From IMG/VR virus record IMGVR_UViG_3300049215_000529, positions 1 through 64,000 of that record: a stretch of 64,000 nt of DNA; one strand, 5' to 3'. The notes beneath the pieces are model-generated. The model was not told where the DNA came from and did not search any database. It saw nothing but the letters and a program-made list of their open reading frames with translations. A program made the translations under genes and the position numbers. Positions 38,897 to 48,658 of the stretch are shown here, in pieces. Position 1 is the stretch's first letter. Each line of letters opens with the position of its first letter.

Positions 38897-39337
38897 TTAC
38901 CATTTCTCTTCTCTAGTCTCAGCCATTTTGGCGAGAATTTCCTTGATTTTCTCATCATTTTCGATGATCTTGCGAATTTTCTTACGGGCTCCGCCGTAAA
39001 TCTTCTTACCGTTTTTATAGTCCACGTTACCATTCAAAGACTTGGTAATGGAACTTTGATTAACATTTAACATCTTAGCTATTTCCATTTGGGTATAGCC
39101 ATCCGCATAAAGACGGATTACTTCTCTTTGTCTTGGGGTAAGTAGTGTATCTACCACTCTCCAAAACTCTTTCTTTAGTTGTTCTTCCAGTTCAATGAGG
39201 TTTTCGTTATACTCAAACGGATTTAACCTATTGTAGATACTATCTTCGTTACAAAACGCTTCCATCATGTCATTTGAGCAAACTGTTTCTAACAACACCC
39301 ACTGGTAACGATCTGAACGATTTTGTCTTTTGGTCAT
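38897..39337 (-). CDS. Sigma70 region-4 / LuxR-type HTH protein
   Basis: LTPRQREVIRLYADGYTQMEIAKMLNVNQSSI. Confidence 0.75.
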   Translation of the reverse strand: MTKRQNRSDRYQWVLLETVCSNDMMEAFCNEDSIYNRLNPFEYNENLIELEEQLKKEFWRVVDTLLTPRQREVIRLYADGYTQMEIAKMLNVNQSSITKSLNGNVDYKNGKKIYGGARKKIRKIIENDEKIKEILAKMAETREEKW

Positions 39338-39408
39338 ATTGAACCCCTATAAAGTAGAGACTGAATCAGAATATATCAATGATAAGGGTTTGGAATTAAA
39401 GTAAATTC

Positions 39409-40185
39409 TTAGTCCTTTACAACGAAAGACATATCTTCATAACTACCAATCTTACCCTTGGTAATGTATTCATCAATGTCATTATAGCTTTCAGGTATGT
39501 AAAAATTACGAATATTGACAAATTTGCCAAAGTTTTCTATTATCTTTTTCCTCCCCTTTTCACCAGAAACATCGTTATCCAATAATAAAAATATGTTATT
39601 GGTGTATCTGCTGATGACAGAAAATTGATAGGCAGTCATATTAGAAGTTCCTAATGCGACCACATTTCTAAATCCCTTTTCAACAGCTTTAATGACGTCG
39701 AATTGACCTTCTACGACATAGACGCAGTTTTGGTCTAAAATATGTTGTTTATTTTCATAAAGACCAAATAATAAATTACCTTTCTTAAATTCAGTAGATT
39801 CAGCTGTATTCTTATATTTGGATATTTTACCAACTTTTCTTTCTTCATCCGTCAGTAAATTTCTGCCTACCATAGCAACAATCTTGCCATAGATGTTACG
39901 GAAGGGCATTACTAAATGATGGTCTTCAAAATAGCAAAAGCTTATTGTTCTTGGACAAAGGGAATCCTCAATGGTCTTATGATATAAGAGACCATTTTTT
40001 TGCAGCTCTTCCTCACCAACCAGGGAGGTCAGGGCTTGCAAATTATGAATTCCAGGAAAGTAACCAAACTGAAACAGTTCTTGACTTTCTTTATTAATAC
40101 GAGAATCTAAATAGGATAGGCTCTCTTGTGCTTCTGGAAAATTGTTGAGTAGGAATCTGCACGACTCCACAATTTTATCTAGCAT
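39409..40185 (-). CDS. dnaG: DnaG-type primase catalytic core (TOPRIM) lacking a Zn finger
   Basis: KYKNT, FKKGNLLFGL, VVEGQFD, VALGT, LDND..G, DIDE. Confidence 0.85.
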   Translation of the reverse strand: MLDKIVESCRFLLNNFPEAQESLSYLDSRINKESQELFQFGYFPGIHNLQALTSLVGEEELQKNGLLYHKTIEDSLCPRTISFCYFEDHHLVMPFRNIYGKIVAMVGRNLLTDEERKVGKISKYKNTAESTEFKKGNLLFGLYENKQHILDQNCVYVVEGQFDVIKAVEKGFRNVVALGTSNMTAYQFSVISRYTNNIFLLLDNDVSGEKGRKKIIENFGKFVNIRNFYIPESYNDIDEYITKGKIGSYEDMSFVVKD

Positions 40186-40192
40186 ATGCCTC

Positions 40193-40531
40193 TTACACGT
40201 CTTTATTTACTGTTCTTAATTTATCTCTCAACATGATCTTGAAGGGCTCGCTCAAATGAGAGTGTGGCTTGTTGCACCCTGGACACACTATATCGTCACC
40301 AGATATCACTGGCTGATCTTCTTTTTCGCACTTTTGACATTTGATTGCAAACGGCTTGGGAGATTTTTGTCGAAATTGTTTTAAGCTCTTCATCTGTATT
40401 TTGACGAAATGCGTAATGTTAGGCAGCTCTCCATCGCACAAAGAACAATATACTTTATCAGTCTTTGGATCTAGATAGGGCTCCATAATTTTACCACAAC
40501 CTTTAGTTGCACATGGCATAGAAAATGGCAT
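40193..40531 (-). CDS. Double zinc-ribbon protein
   Basis: CATKGC, CSLC, CQKC, CPGC. Confidence 0.6.
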   Translation of the reverse strand: MPFSMPCATKGCGKIMEPYLDPKTDKVYCSLCDGELPNITHFVKIQMKSLKQFRQKSPKPFAIKCQKCEKEDQPVISGDDIVCPGCNKPHSHLSEPFKIMLRDKLRTVNKDV

Positions 40532-41457
40532 TATATTTCCTTTGAAAGTCCATTAATCAAATTATCTATATTATCTGGATATTTTATATCCAAAATAACT
40601 CTTTGATCTCCCTGTCGATTAACTCCAAGCTTAGGAAGAACAACCTCTTCTTTATGTCTAGATAACGGCTTAATATCGATAGTCGTTTCTCCATCAATCG
40701 TTTTAACACTCTTTTGGCAACCTTTCAAAGCCTCTAGCAAAGAAAGCTGTAATTGACACACTACACTGGTACCATCCAGTGACAAACCAGATTCTGGAAT
40801 AACTTGAACATTTAGATGAGCATCAGTGTACTGTTCTATAGGTCCAAAATTACCAACATAATTTCCCATTCCAGCTAATCTCAAAGTATCTCCATTATTT
40901 CTTCCACCTTGAATATTCACTGTAATAGATGTTTCTGCTTGCACAAAACCTTCTCCATTGCAAGCAGAACAAGACTCAACATCAGCTCTGCCAAAACATT
41001 TATCACATGTCTGAACCATAACCATGTTGCCCTGCCTCATTACTACTTGACCTCGCCCGCCACACTTGGCACAACCATTATTTATAGTTGATTCTCCTTG
41101 ACCACCGCAAGGCTTGCATTTGACATTTCTATTAAATGTTATTTCTTTATTACAGCCTTCTATTGACTCTTTGAAAGAAATAGTGGTTGAAATATTAATG
41201 TGATCAGCATAAATAACATTCTGTCTGCCAAATGGATTATAAGTATTGGTTTGACGAAATTGTTGTCGGTCTGTACTCTTACCAGTAGAGACCACTTGGT
41301 AGGCTTCATTAATTTTCTTGAATTTATCCTCAGCTCCCGGCTCTTTGTTAATGTCGGGATGAAACTTCTTGGTGAGGTCACGATACTTTTTCTTAGCTTC
41401 CTCTGGTGTAGAGGTTTGCGGAATTTCTAAGATTGAGTATGCGTCCTTCAAATTCAT
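40531..41457 (-). CDS. dnaJ: DnaJ-family co-chaperone
   Basis: J domain with HPD, four CxxCxGxG-type repeats, C-terminal domain; G/F region very short. Confidence 0.9.
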   Translation of the reverse strand: MNLKDAYSILEIPQTSTPEEAKKKYRDLTKKFHPDINKEPGAEDKFKKINEAYQVVSTGKSTDRQQFRQTNTYNPFGRQNVIYADHINISTTISFKESIEGCNKEITFNRNVKCKPCGGQGESTINNGCAKCGGRGQVVMRQGNMVMVQTCDKCFGRADVESCSACNGEGFVQAETSITVNIQGGRNNGDTLRLAGMGNYVGNFGPIEQYTDAHLNVQVIPESGLSLDGTSVVCQLQLSLLEALKGCQKSVKTIDGETTIDIKPLSRHKEEVVLPKLGVNRQGDQRVILDIKYPDNIDNLINGLSKEI

Positions 41458-42011
41458 TTTTTCTTAACCTTGCGCTTCACTCTGCCAGTCAACACAAAAG
41501 CATAATACAAAGCTACAGCGATACCATCAGCCATGTCAAAGCTTTCAACCCTGACCTTACCCTTTTTATTATACTCATATGGGAAACTAATCTCTAAATG
41601 CTTTGCTACCAATTCTGGCATATCTTCTTTTTTAGGTAAATCTTTATCAGTTTTTAATCCGTGTCTAATAGACATTACACTAAATAGTTCTGGAGACTTT
41701 TTCAAATAATCATAAGCACATAAACCAATCATTCTATTAAATGTTGTTAACATAATGATGGTTTTAGCAGTACTATGACCTTTCATAAATTGAATGATAT
41801 CTTCAATTCCAATATAATCTGGTTTAACTTGATCAATAATATCTTGAATTTTATTTCGAGTATCTACAATACGTTCAATAATACTTCCCTTTTTAAGGGG
41901 CTTTACATAACCAGCGGTAACATACTCTATCTTATTATTTGATTCATCAAATTCTAATAAGCACCAACCAATGGTAGTACTCGATACATCGAAACCTAAT
42001 ACCTTTTTCAT
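41454..42011 (-). CDS. RuvC-like Holliday junction resolvase
   Basis: VLGFDVSS, IGIED, DMADGIAVA; likely start 42011 (track 42032). Confidence 0.75.
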   Translation of the reverse strand: MKKVLGFDVSSTTIGWCLLEFDESNNKIEYVTAGYVKPLKKGSIIERIVDTRNKIQDIIDQVKPDYIGIEDIIQFMKGHSTAKTIIMLTTFNRMIGLCAYDYLKKSPELFSVMSIRHGLKTDKDLPKKEDMPELVAKHLEISFPYEYNKKGKVRVESFDMADGIAVALYYAFVLTGRVKRKVKKK

Positions 42012-42033
42012 ATTAGGTAATATATCGAACAAA

Positions 42034-42070
42034 ATAGAAAGGGATTCGAGAGTTAACCCGAATCCCTTTT
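42034..42070 (-). terminator. Intrinsic terminator after the SSB gene
   Basis: AAAGGGATTCG (42038-42048) / CGAATCCCTTT (42059-42069) inverted repeat, T-rich tail on the minus strand. Confidence 0.8.
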
Positions 42071-42084
42071 GAATTATGGGCTAA

Positions 42085-42792
42085 TTATGACTGACCATCA
42101 TAAGATGGGAAAGTCTCAGCCAACTCTTCGTCGTCAGTCATGCTGACGGCTGGGGCAGCCTTAGGAGCTGCTGCTGTAGCAGTTTTACCTGCAACAGGAG
42201 CGTCACTAGCTACGCCATTGATTCTGTCCAATCTCTTTTGGACAGTTTCTGCGGTTGGAGGAGTAACTCTGCGCTTTAGATCGTCTAGATCAGCCTTGTC
42301 CTTTAGGACTTGATCGGCAGCAGATAGTGGCTCCTTGGAGATTGGTTGTACAGAGTAGTAACCAGTTGCTCCACCGTTCTTATCGACAACAATATCGACG
42401 TCATACTTGGTTGGATCTCCCCAACGTTGGGTGTTTCTTGCAAGCTTTCTAATCTGAGAGAAAACTGCGAAAGAGATGTCTAGAATCTTATAGGTTCCAG
42501 TCTTGCGGCTGATTACGCCAAGTAGCCAACGTGGCTTAGCTTTGTCGCCAGCATCACAGCAAGGGCAGCTACCATGGATTGCGGAACAAGAAACTTTCTG
42601 TCCGAAGTCCTTTGGATTGCTTGCATCCTTCTTTACCTTGTGAACCAAATACTGGAAAGGTTGAGTAATGAGTCTCATCTCATTAGAACCCTCTTCCAAT
42701 CTAAGGAATAGGTCTTTGCTGTTAGTGTTTTTCTTACCTTCACCGCCTGGGAAAACGTCATCGTTCCAGGATACTTCACCGAATGTAGTCAT
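42085..42792 (-). CDS. Single-stranded DNA-binding protein (T4 gp32-like)
   Basis: FLRLEEG..RL, H..C..CPCC Zn site, GDPTKYDV, acidic C-terminal tail; near recA. Confidence 0.7.
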   Translation of the reverse strand: MTTFGEVSWNDDVFPGGEGKKNTNSKDLFLRLEEGSNEMRLITQPFQYLVHKVKKDASNPKDFGQKVSCSAIHGSCPCCDAGDKAKPRWLLGVISRKTGTYKILDISFAVFSQIRKLARNTQRWGDPTKYDVDIVVDKNGGATGYYSVQPISKEPLSAADQVLKDKADLDDLKRRVTPPTAETVQKRLDRINGVASDAPVAGKTATAAAPKAAPAVSMTDDEELAETFPSYDGQS

Positions 42793-42875
42793 GTTGATCT
42801 CCTAATGTTTTTCTTCTTTTTGTACGAAATGTACTTTTTCTTGTTAACGAATCGACTGTTTTTTATCTTAGCACA

Positions 42876-43190
42876 TTAGCGTGCGAATCTAACGAAACGA
42901 GTGCGAGTATGATCAGATGTACGACCGAATCTTACGCCAATACCTCTGTTGCGAAGTCTGTTGACCACGCTATTAATTACCACTCTGAGAGCGCCGGGAG
43001 AACCTGGTAGAAGAGTTCGCTGTCTCTTGCTCAAAACTCTGTTGAGAGCAGTTGTCAACTCAGTCATCGTTCCAGTCCAAGTGCTAACATTGTGTCTTTC
43101 CATTATTGAAGAAATACCGCGACAAACAATGTCATTAACGCTGTTTGTTACAGAACTTCTACGTCCATTTGTCTTACTTATAGATGCCAT
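42876..43190 (-). CDS. Small basic protein, possibly nucleic-acid binding
   Basis: Arg-rich 104 aa; WTGTMTEL..L winged-helix-like pattern. Confidence 0.5.
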   Translation of the reverse strand: MASISKTNGRRSSVTNSVNDIVCRGISSIMERHNVSTWTGTMTELTTALNRVLSKRQRTLLPGSPGALRVVINSVVNRLRNRGIGVRFGRTSDHTRTRFVRFAR

Positions 43191-43198
43191 TTACTTAC

Positions 43199-43546
43199 TC
43201 ACTTTCCTACCAAGGTAGATGGTTTGTTTGCATTAAAAACTAAGCTTCTAATGCTGAAAACTTTTTGTGCCGGGAACATCATATCCAGCAATTCTTCTTT
43301 TGGAGTGCTAGACAAAATTTCAATGAAGGAACCCGCAATTTCATCTTCTGATAAATCGGAATAAGTACCCTTAACTAAAACAAACCCGTTTTGCATATCT
43401 GGTTTGTCTATAGTAATGAAGCGCCTGTGCTTAGTACCTTTTCCGGAGCTAGAGTCCTCTAATGTCACCAAATAGGAGGGTTTCCTAGAAATGGTGCCCA
43501 TGTTAGGGGCTGACGTTACGCTAATTGCAAAATCTTTTTCAGCCAT
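43199..43546 (-). CDS. Hypothetical protein
   Basis: TAATG coupling to recA. Confidence 0.55.
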   Translation of the reverse strand: MAEKDFAISVTSAPNMGTISRKPSYLVTLEDSSSGKGTKHRRFITIDKPDMQNGFVLVKGTYSDLSEDEIAGSFIEILSSTPKEELLDMMFPAQKVFSIRSLVFNANKPSTLVGK

Positions 43547-44745
43547 TACTTACTGCCTTTCTTACTCTTCTTCTTTTCAGAATCATCATCCGAGACTGAA
43601 ACCGTTTTACCGGACAATTGGGCTTCAAAAGCAGCTCTTTTATCAGCTTGCTCTTTCCTCTTTTGTTCCATTTTGGTCTCACGAGCCTCATTGACTTTTA
43701 GCAGCAACTCAGATGCTAAAGCCGCATCATCTCTGATAGCTTCACAGAACTTAGGAAATCCAACCCATTTACGGTCACCGTACTCGTGGGAAACAGTAGT
43801 TGGTTTAGTTACCACATTGTAATCCAACGCGAGCTGCGCGATTTCTTCGTGTCTGTCTATAACACCGATTCCGAAGTTTACTTTGAATTCGCATTTTCTT
43901 GGCCAAGGTCCAAACTTTGATTTTTCAATCGTAGCTCTAAGTGGGTGTCCAACCTTATTTTCCTTCTCGTCAAGAATCATAGCATCCTTGCGTTGAACGG
44001 CTTCAAAATAAACGTTAGCGCTAAGCGTGTGCGCATAAGTATTTCCACCGGAATAAGTATGGTCGGCACCATATGGATCCATATTATCTTTCTTATGGTT
44101 GATAATAATGAACGGAATATTTGCCTTGCTAACTTCTAGAGTAAGCTTTTTGAAGGTAGTAGTTAAGAATCTTGCTAATAGAGCCATGTTCATCTTACCA
44201 ACTACTGAAGTATCTTCTCCAGGTGGCACAATAGATCCCAATGAATCTAGTACAATCATATTGATATTGAATTCGCCATTTGCAATCTTATCAAGCAATC
44301 CTTCTTTGGACTTGCCTTTAAGCACGTGAGTCTTTGCGTCTTCCTTTGGAACTCCAAGCAACATTTCAAAGCACTTGCGTCCATTAGCTGCTGCATCGCC
44401 GAAAACGTGAATGACACGGGAAGTATCTACTCCCAAAACTTCTGCCCAGTTGGGATCGAAAGTTTGCTCTGCATCGATAAACATCTGTTGTGCAGTAGGA
44501 TCTTGACGTTGGGCTTCTAGCATGGCTATCATAGCCATGAGAGTCTTGCCGCTTCCGGTAGGACCATAATACTGCATCAATCTTCCCTTAGGAAGACCGC
44601 CCGAAGAGAGTGCATCATCTAATGCCACTGAACCAGTGGAAATACAAGGAACCTTTTCGCCCACGGTTTCATGAGCCATTTTGAAATCTAATTGCTCTTC
44701 CGAGTCTGCATAACTTTTAAAAAACGCTTCAAATTTATTCGACAT
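43546..44745 (-). CDS. recA: RecA/UvsX recombinase
   Basis: ISTGS..LD.AL..GGLPKGR, GPTGSGKT, FIDAEQ, IVLDSL, KSKFG. Confidence 0.92.
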   Translation of the reverse strand: MSNKFEAFFKSYADSEEQLDFKMAHETVGEKVPCISTGSVALDDALSSGGLPKGRLMQYYGPTGSGKTLMAMIAMLEAQRQDPTAQQMFIDAEQTFDPNWAEVLGVDTSRVIHVFGDAAANGRKCFEMLLGVPKEDAKTHVLKGKSKEGLLDKIANGEFNINMIVLDSLGSIVPPGEDTSVVGKMNMALLARFLTTTFKKLTLEVSKANIPFIIINHKKDNMDPYGADHTYSGGNTYAHTLSANVYFEAVQRKDAMILDEKENKVGHPLRATIEKSKFGPWPRKCEFKVNFGIGVIDRHEEIAQLALDYNVVTKPTTVSHEYGDRKWVGFPKFCEAIRDDAALASELLLKVNEARETKMEQKRKEQADKRAAFEAQLSGKTVSVSDDDSEKKKSKKGSK

Positions 44746-44757
44746 TTTATCTCCCTA

Positions 44758-45270
44758 TCATTCATAGCCTTCGGGGACAGGTTCACTTGGAGTGACAGGA
44801 CTATATCCGAGGATTGTCCTGCGTAACCCTTGTGCAATATCTTTGAAATGATGGTGAGCCTTCACTAAAATTTCATATTTGCGATCAAGGAGAAGTTTGC
44901 TGCCTTTGGCTGCTGCTAATTTTATTTGTGCTTTTTCGACTTCGGGCGATTGTTCTGATGCCCATTTTTTCATATCGGTGGTGGTACGAGCGCCATCAGG
45001 TGCTTGATACTCCAACGCTACTTTATTCTTTATACTATTTACTTTAGCTTCTAGATATCCTATTGTCTTTACCATTTTACCTAGATAGATAGACATAACG
45101 TCCGCGCCTCGTAATGCCTGCTGTTGCAGAAGCTCTACGTGAGCTAAGTCAATTGCGTCTACATCTCTAAGATGCTCTAATACCTTTTCGATTTCAGTTA
45201 GGTCAAAATCAGAGAAATTTTCCTCTAAATCAGTGCCTAAAAGATCACCCAGTCTTACTTGTTGGGTCAT
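44758..45270 (-). CDS. Possible UvsY-like recombination mediator
   Basis: Helical coiled coil directly upstream of recA; likely start 45270 with AAGGAAG SD (track 45375). Confidence 0.45.
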   Translation of the reverse strand: MTQQVRLGDLLGTDLEENFSDFDLTEIEKVLEHLRDVDAIDLAHVELLQQQALRGADVMSIYLGKMVKTIGYLEAKVNSIKNKVALEYQAPDGARTTTDMKKWASEQSPEVEKAQIKLAAAKGSKLLLDRKYEILVKAHHHFKDIAQGLRRTILGYSPVTPSEPVPEGYE

Positions 45271-45319
45271 GTTGTCTTCCTTCTGTAATATATAATGTAA
45301 TGAACTATTTCTCGACAAA

Positions 45320-45565
45320 TTAATATTTGTCTGACCTTTTATGATCGAAAAATAAGTTATAATTTTTACCGTCATTCATTTCGTTAGCTGGAGTGAAATG
45401 TAGCTCAAAAGTGCCGTGAAAGTTATCTATCCAAACTTTCCCACGGAATGGGTCATAATCATAAGCTTTTTCCAAATTGACCATGGCATCATCTAAAGTT
45501 TTAGACACTTTATCGATAATGAACCTTTTTATGCTTTGCTTTTCAGCTTCGCTATAATGGCTCAT
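45320..45565 (-). CDS. Hypothetical protein
   Basis: 81 aa, ATGA overlap. Confidence 0.45.
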   Translation of the reverse strand: MSHYSEAEKQSIKRFIIDKVSKTLDDAMVNLEKAYDYDPFRGKVWIDNFHGTFELHFTPANEMNDGKNYNLFFDHKRSDKY

Positions 45566-45858
45566 TTGTCCTTTAATTTTTCTTTAACTTCGGCTGCTAG
45601 CTCATCTAACTGTTTATGCATTAAACGAAGGTGTTGGTGCTGCATTAGACTCATCAAGAATAAGAATACTTCAAAGCTCGTTCGGAATTTTGATGGTGGT
45701 TTCAAGAAAATGATTATACCATTATTATCCGTTTCAAATAAATCTCTAAATAGATCTTCACCCTTATTGGTGGCAGTAGTATAAGACTTGACGATTTTCT
45801 GGTACAAAGACCACTCATCTTCAGTCATATCCACTTTTTTATTATCAACTACTTTCAT
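45562..45858 (-). CDS. Hypothetical protein
   Basis: 98 aa, AAGGT SD. Confidence 0.55.
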   Translation of the reverse strand: MKVVDNKKVDMTEDEWSLYQKIVKSYTTATNKGEDLFRDLFETDNNGIIIFLKPPSKFRTSFEVFLFLMSLMQHQHLRLMHKQLDELAAEVKEKLKDK

Positions 45859-45876
45859 AACTTACCTTTGTTGATA

Positions 45877-46707
45877 TCAACCACTTCTGGAGAAGCCGCC
45901 TTTACCACGATTTACGCCTGATTCAAAATTCTCTTTGGAGCTTCTAACTCTTTCTTGCATTTGCTGTAACTTGAGCAAATCGGCGGCGCTGCTAGCACTA
46001 TTGCCTTTGCCCTTGTTAGCCATAGCTAGAACTACAGATGGAATCTCATCGTCATCTGTAGTCGGAAGCGAGGAGGCAATCTCGTTGCCAGAAAGCAAAG
46101 ATTCAAATTCGGCTACTGCCTCTGGATCTGCGTTCTCCATCATCTCTGGTGAAATCATGTCGGCTGCGCCATCTTGATTTATAGCAGTGGTTCCTGCTTT
46201 CTTGATTTGTTGAACAACTTTCTTAAAATGCTGAGTCTTTTCCGCTGGGGATTGAAAGCTGGCATTTGCAACTGGGGCGCCTTGGGCGGGAGCTGGGCTT
46301 TTGATAACTTCGGCTCTTTTAAAGAACTCGTTAGTTTTTTCCTCAGATTGAATCTTTTCAACTAAGACATCCTCTTCGCCAGTTTCGGTCTTAACCTTTA
46401 CAATAGATTGCTTGCGAGCCAAGAAATCTTGCTCATCTTGAGCCTTTTTCAATTCCTTAACCAAATCTTTTGGCATGTACATGCCGATATTTGGCGAATC
46501 AGTTTTGATGTAATTATGATTAGATAGCATCCAATCATTTAATTGATCTTGATATGATGCCAAGGAATCCATGGTCTCACGTAAAGAAACAAATAGATTC
46601 TTTAAATGCTCTTCCATAATGTGTTTGCCACAGAATGGACAAACGTTAATTTCAACGGCATGTTTCCATTGTGGATTTATTTCTATTTCACAAGATGTAC
46701 ACTTCAT
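45877..46707 (-). CDS. Protein with N-terminal zinc ribbon
   Basis: CTSC..CPFC. Confidence 0.55.
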   Translation of the reverse strand: MKCTSCEIEINPQWKHAVEINVCPFCGKHIMEEHLKNLFVSLRETMDSLASYQDQLNDWMLSNHNYIKTDSPNIGMYMPKDLVKELKKAQDEQDFLARKQSIVKVKTETGEEDVLVEKIQSEEKTNEFFKRAEVIKSPAPAQGAPVANASFQSPAEKTQHFKKVVQQIKKAGTTAINQDGAADMISPEMMENADPEAVAEFESLLSGNEIASSLPTTDDDEIPSVVLAMANKGKGNSASSAADLLKLQQMQERVRSSKENFESGVNRGKGGFSRSG

Positions 46708-47118
46708 TTACTTAACCCTTCTAAAAACTGGAGGTTTGCGAACACTCGCACTTTTAACCATTTTTCTATTGTTCCAGTAGGCATCAGAATCAGCAGTATG
46801 TTCAATTCCAAATATTTTGGATAGCTCTTGCCCAAACTGATCGATTGGTTCCGATGACTTAGATTTTATATCATCAACTATTTTTCTCAAACGGTATACA
46901 CTCAAGGGGAGCGCATTTTTATCAGCAATGTAATCGATCGTAATAATACCCAGCGCTGATTGCATTTTTTTATCCTGCTGAGCATATTCTAACAATTTTT
47001 TCATTCTTAGTTCGGACGCTTTTGGCGCCTCTTCTGGAACATATGGATCCTTAGCATTGGCAGCCAAATCCTTAATGGAACCTCTATCAGAATATTGTTT
47101 GACCGCTCTAATTGACAT
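46708..47118 (-). CDS. Hypothetical protein
   Basis: GAGG SD; preceded by AATAAT-N3-GCATA motif. Confidence 0.55.
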   Translation of the reverse strand: MSIRAVKQYSDRGSIKDLAANAKDPYVPEEAPKASELRMKKLLEYAQQDKKMQSALGIITIDYIADKNALPLSVYRLRKIVDDIKSKSSEPIDQFGQELSKIFGIEHTADSDAYWNNRKMVKSASVRKPPVFRRVK

Positions 47119-47141
47119 GAGACCTCATAGTATATGCAAAA

Positions 47142-47765
47142 TTATTTGCCGTCTACTCTCCTAAAAACAACCTTCTTAAAAGTCTTGACAGTCTTAGGCT
47201 TGCCTTTGATTGCTTTGTTGCCACCAGCGACTGCTGTTGGTTGGCGGCTACGAGTAACTTGTATTGGAGAGGCGGTTATATCTTCAGCATATTCTTTAAT
47301 TTTTAGAACCGCATCTTCAAAACCCTTGACATTGTATCTGTCTGCAAAATCTGCCAACTCTTGAAGTGGATCTGGATCTTCCCTCTTAGATGGGGCAACG
47401 GCTGCTTGTATAGCAGGTTTATCTGACAAATTGGTTAAATCAGTCAAATCGCGAAACTTGTCCATGGTCAGATTGAGATCCTTCAACTCGGCATTAACTT
47501 TTTTAAGTTTCCCAGCGCGAAAACGAGAAAGATCAAAATCAGTATCGAAATCGTGCGGATCAGGAATTCTATCCATAGCATCAATTAAAGCTTTTCTTTC
47601 ACGATCACCTGGTTTAGTAGACGGGTCAATTCCTTGAACTTCCAGCAAGCGCGACATTAACCTGTTCAAAGGACTTACTGCTTTGTCAACCAATGCAACT
47701 CCCAAACCCACATAACGGGTCAAAAGGACAGGATTCTTTTTGATAAATGTGACGAATGAATTCAT
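47142..47765 (-). CDS. Hypothetical protein
   Basis: 207 aa, ATGA overlap. Confidence 0.5.
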   Translation of the reverse strand: MNSFVTFIKKNPVLLTRYVGLGVALVDKAVSPLNRLMSRLLEVQGIDPSTKPGDRERKALIDAMDRIPDPHDFDTDFDLSRFRAGKLKKVNAELKDLNLTMDKFRDLTDLTNLSDKPAIQAAVAPSKREDPDPLQELADFADRYNVKGFEDAVLKIKEYAEDITASPIQVTRSRQPTAVAGGNKAIKGKPKTVKTFKKVVFRRVDGK

Positions 47766-48658
47766 TGTGTTCCTAATTTTTTATGAGACTTTCTGCCTCT
47801 TCTTGGCTTTTCAAAAGTTTTAACAGCTTCCAATTCTTTTTGCGTAGGCTTAAAGGCACCAGTAGCAACAGGTACGGAAGAGTTAAACATGACAGAAGAA
47901 TTAAACATAACAGATTGAGGTTGTACATACAAACTTGGATCTGCTGAGTTTATAGATAAGTTGTTGCCGAGGGCGGCGTTAGTAGAGCCGGTATAGTTGA
48001 GTTGTGGAGTTAAGTCAACACTTCTTGTAACGACGCCATCGGCAACTTGGTCATAAAGTCTTACATGGCTCTCTAGACCAGATTGAAACACTGTATTTGT
48101 CTGTGGTTGCAATGCAACTGACAGGTCTTTCATTAAATCTTGTACTTCGGGAACTTCACCAATTTCAATTGACTCTGCTCCAATCTTTTGTATTTCTTCC
48201 ACTAGTTCTTTTTGGGTAAGATCGTCTGCCTTAGCTACTAGAGCATCTATTGCTTCTTCTGGAGCAACAAACATATTTGGCTTTGGCTTTTCACCATTTG
48301 GCTTTATGAATTGCTTGAAGTGGTTTTGAACATCTTCAGTTTTTGGTTTATTTCTAGAGTAAATTGGCTCTTCTGAAACGCTGTTAAGTTTAAGGGAAAA
48401 ATTTGATAAAATCCAAGAAGCAAAATCTTCAATAGAAGCATCAGTTCCACTCAATTCAACAGTTTTTTTGACAACAAGAGAAATTGCACTATTATTCATC
48501 ATTTGTTTTTCCTCGCGCTCCGCTTCGCGCTCACCTTCAACAATGATGGTACCAGACTCAGTTTGGTAAGCTTTGACTGGTAAAGTGCCAGCCTTAAACC
48601 ATCGATAGGCGGTTAAGTATTTAACACCAGTTTTTTCAGCCCATTCTTTCAATTTCAT
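47762..48658 (-). CDS. Protein with IS607 TnpA-like (MerR-type) N-terminal HTH and unrelated C-terminus
   Basis: MKLKEWAEKTGVKYLTAYRWFKAGTLPVKAYQTESGTIIV; no YARVS recombinase motif. Confidence 0.65.
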   Translation of the reverse strand: MKLKEWAEKTGVKYLTAYRWFKAGTLPVKAYQTESGTIIVEGEREAEREEKQMMNNSAISLVVKKTVELSGTDASIEDFASWILSNFSLKLNSVSEEPIYSRNKPKTEDVQNHFKQFIKPNGEKPKPNMFVAPEEAIDALVAKADDLTQKELVEEIQKIGAESIEIGEVPEVQDLMKDLSVALQPQTNTVFQSGLESHVRLYDQVADGVVTRSVDLTPQLNYTGSTNAALGNNLSINSADPSLYVQPQSVMFNSSVMFNSSVPVATGAFKPTQKELEAVKTFEKPRRGRKSHKKLGTQ

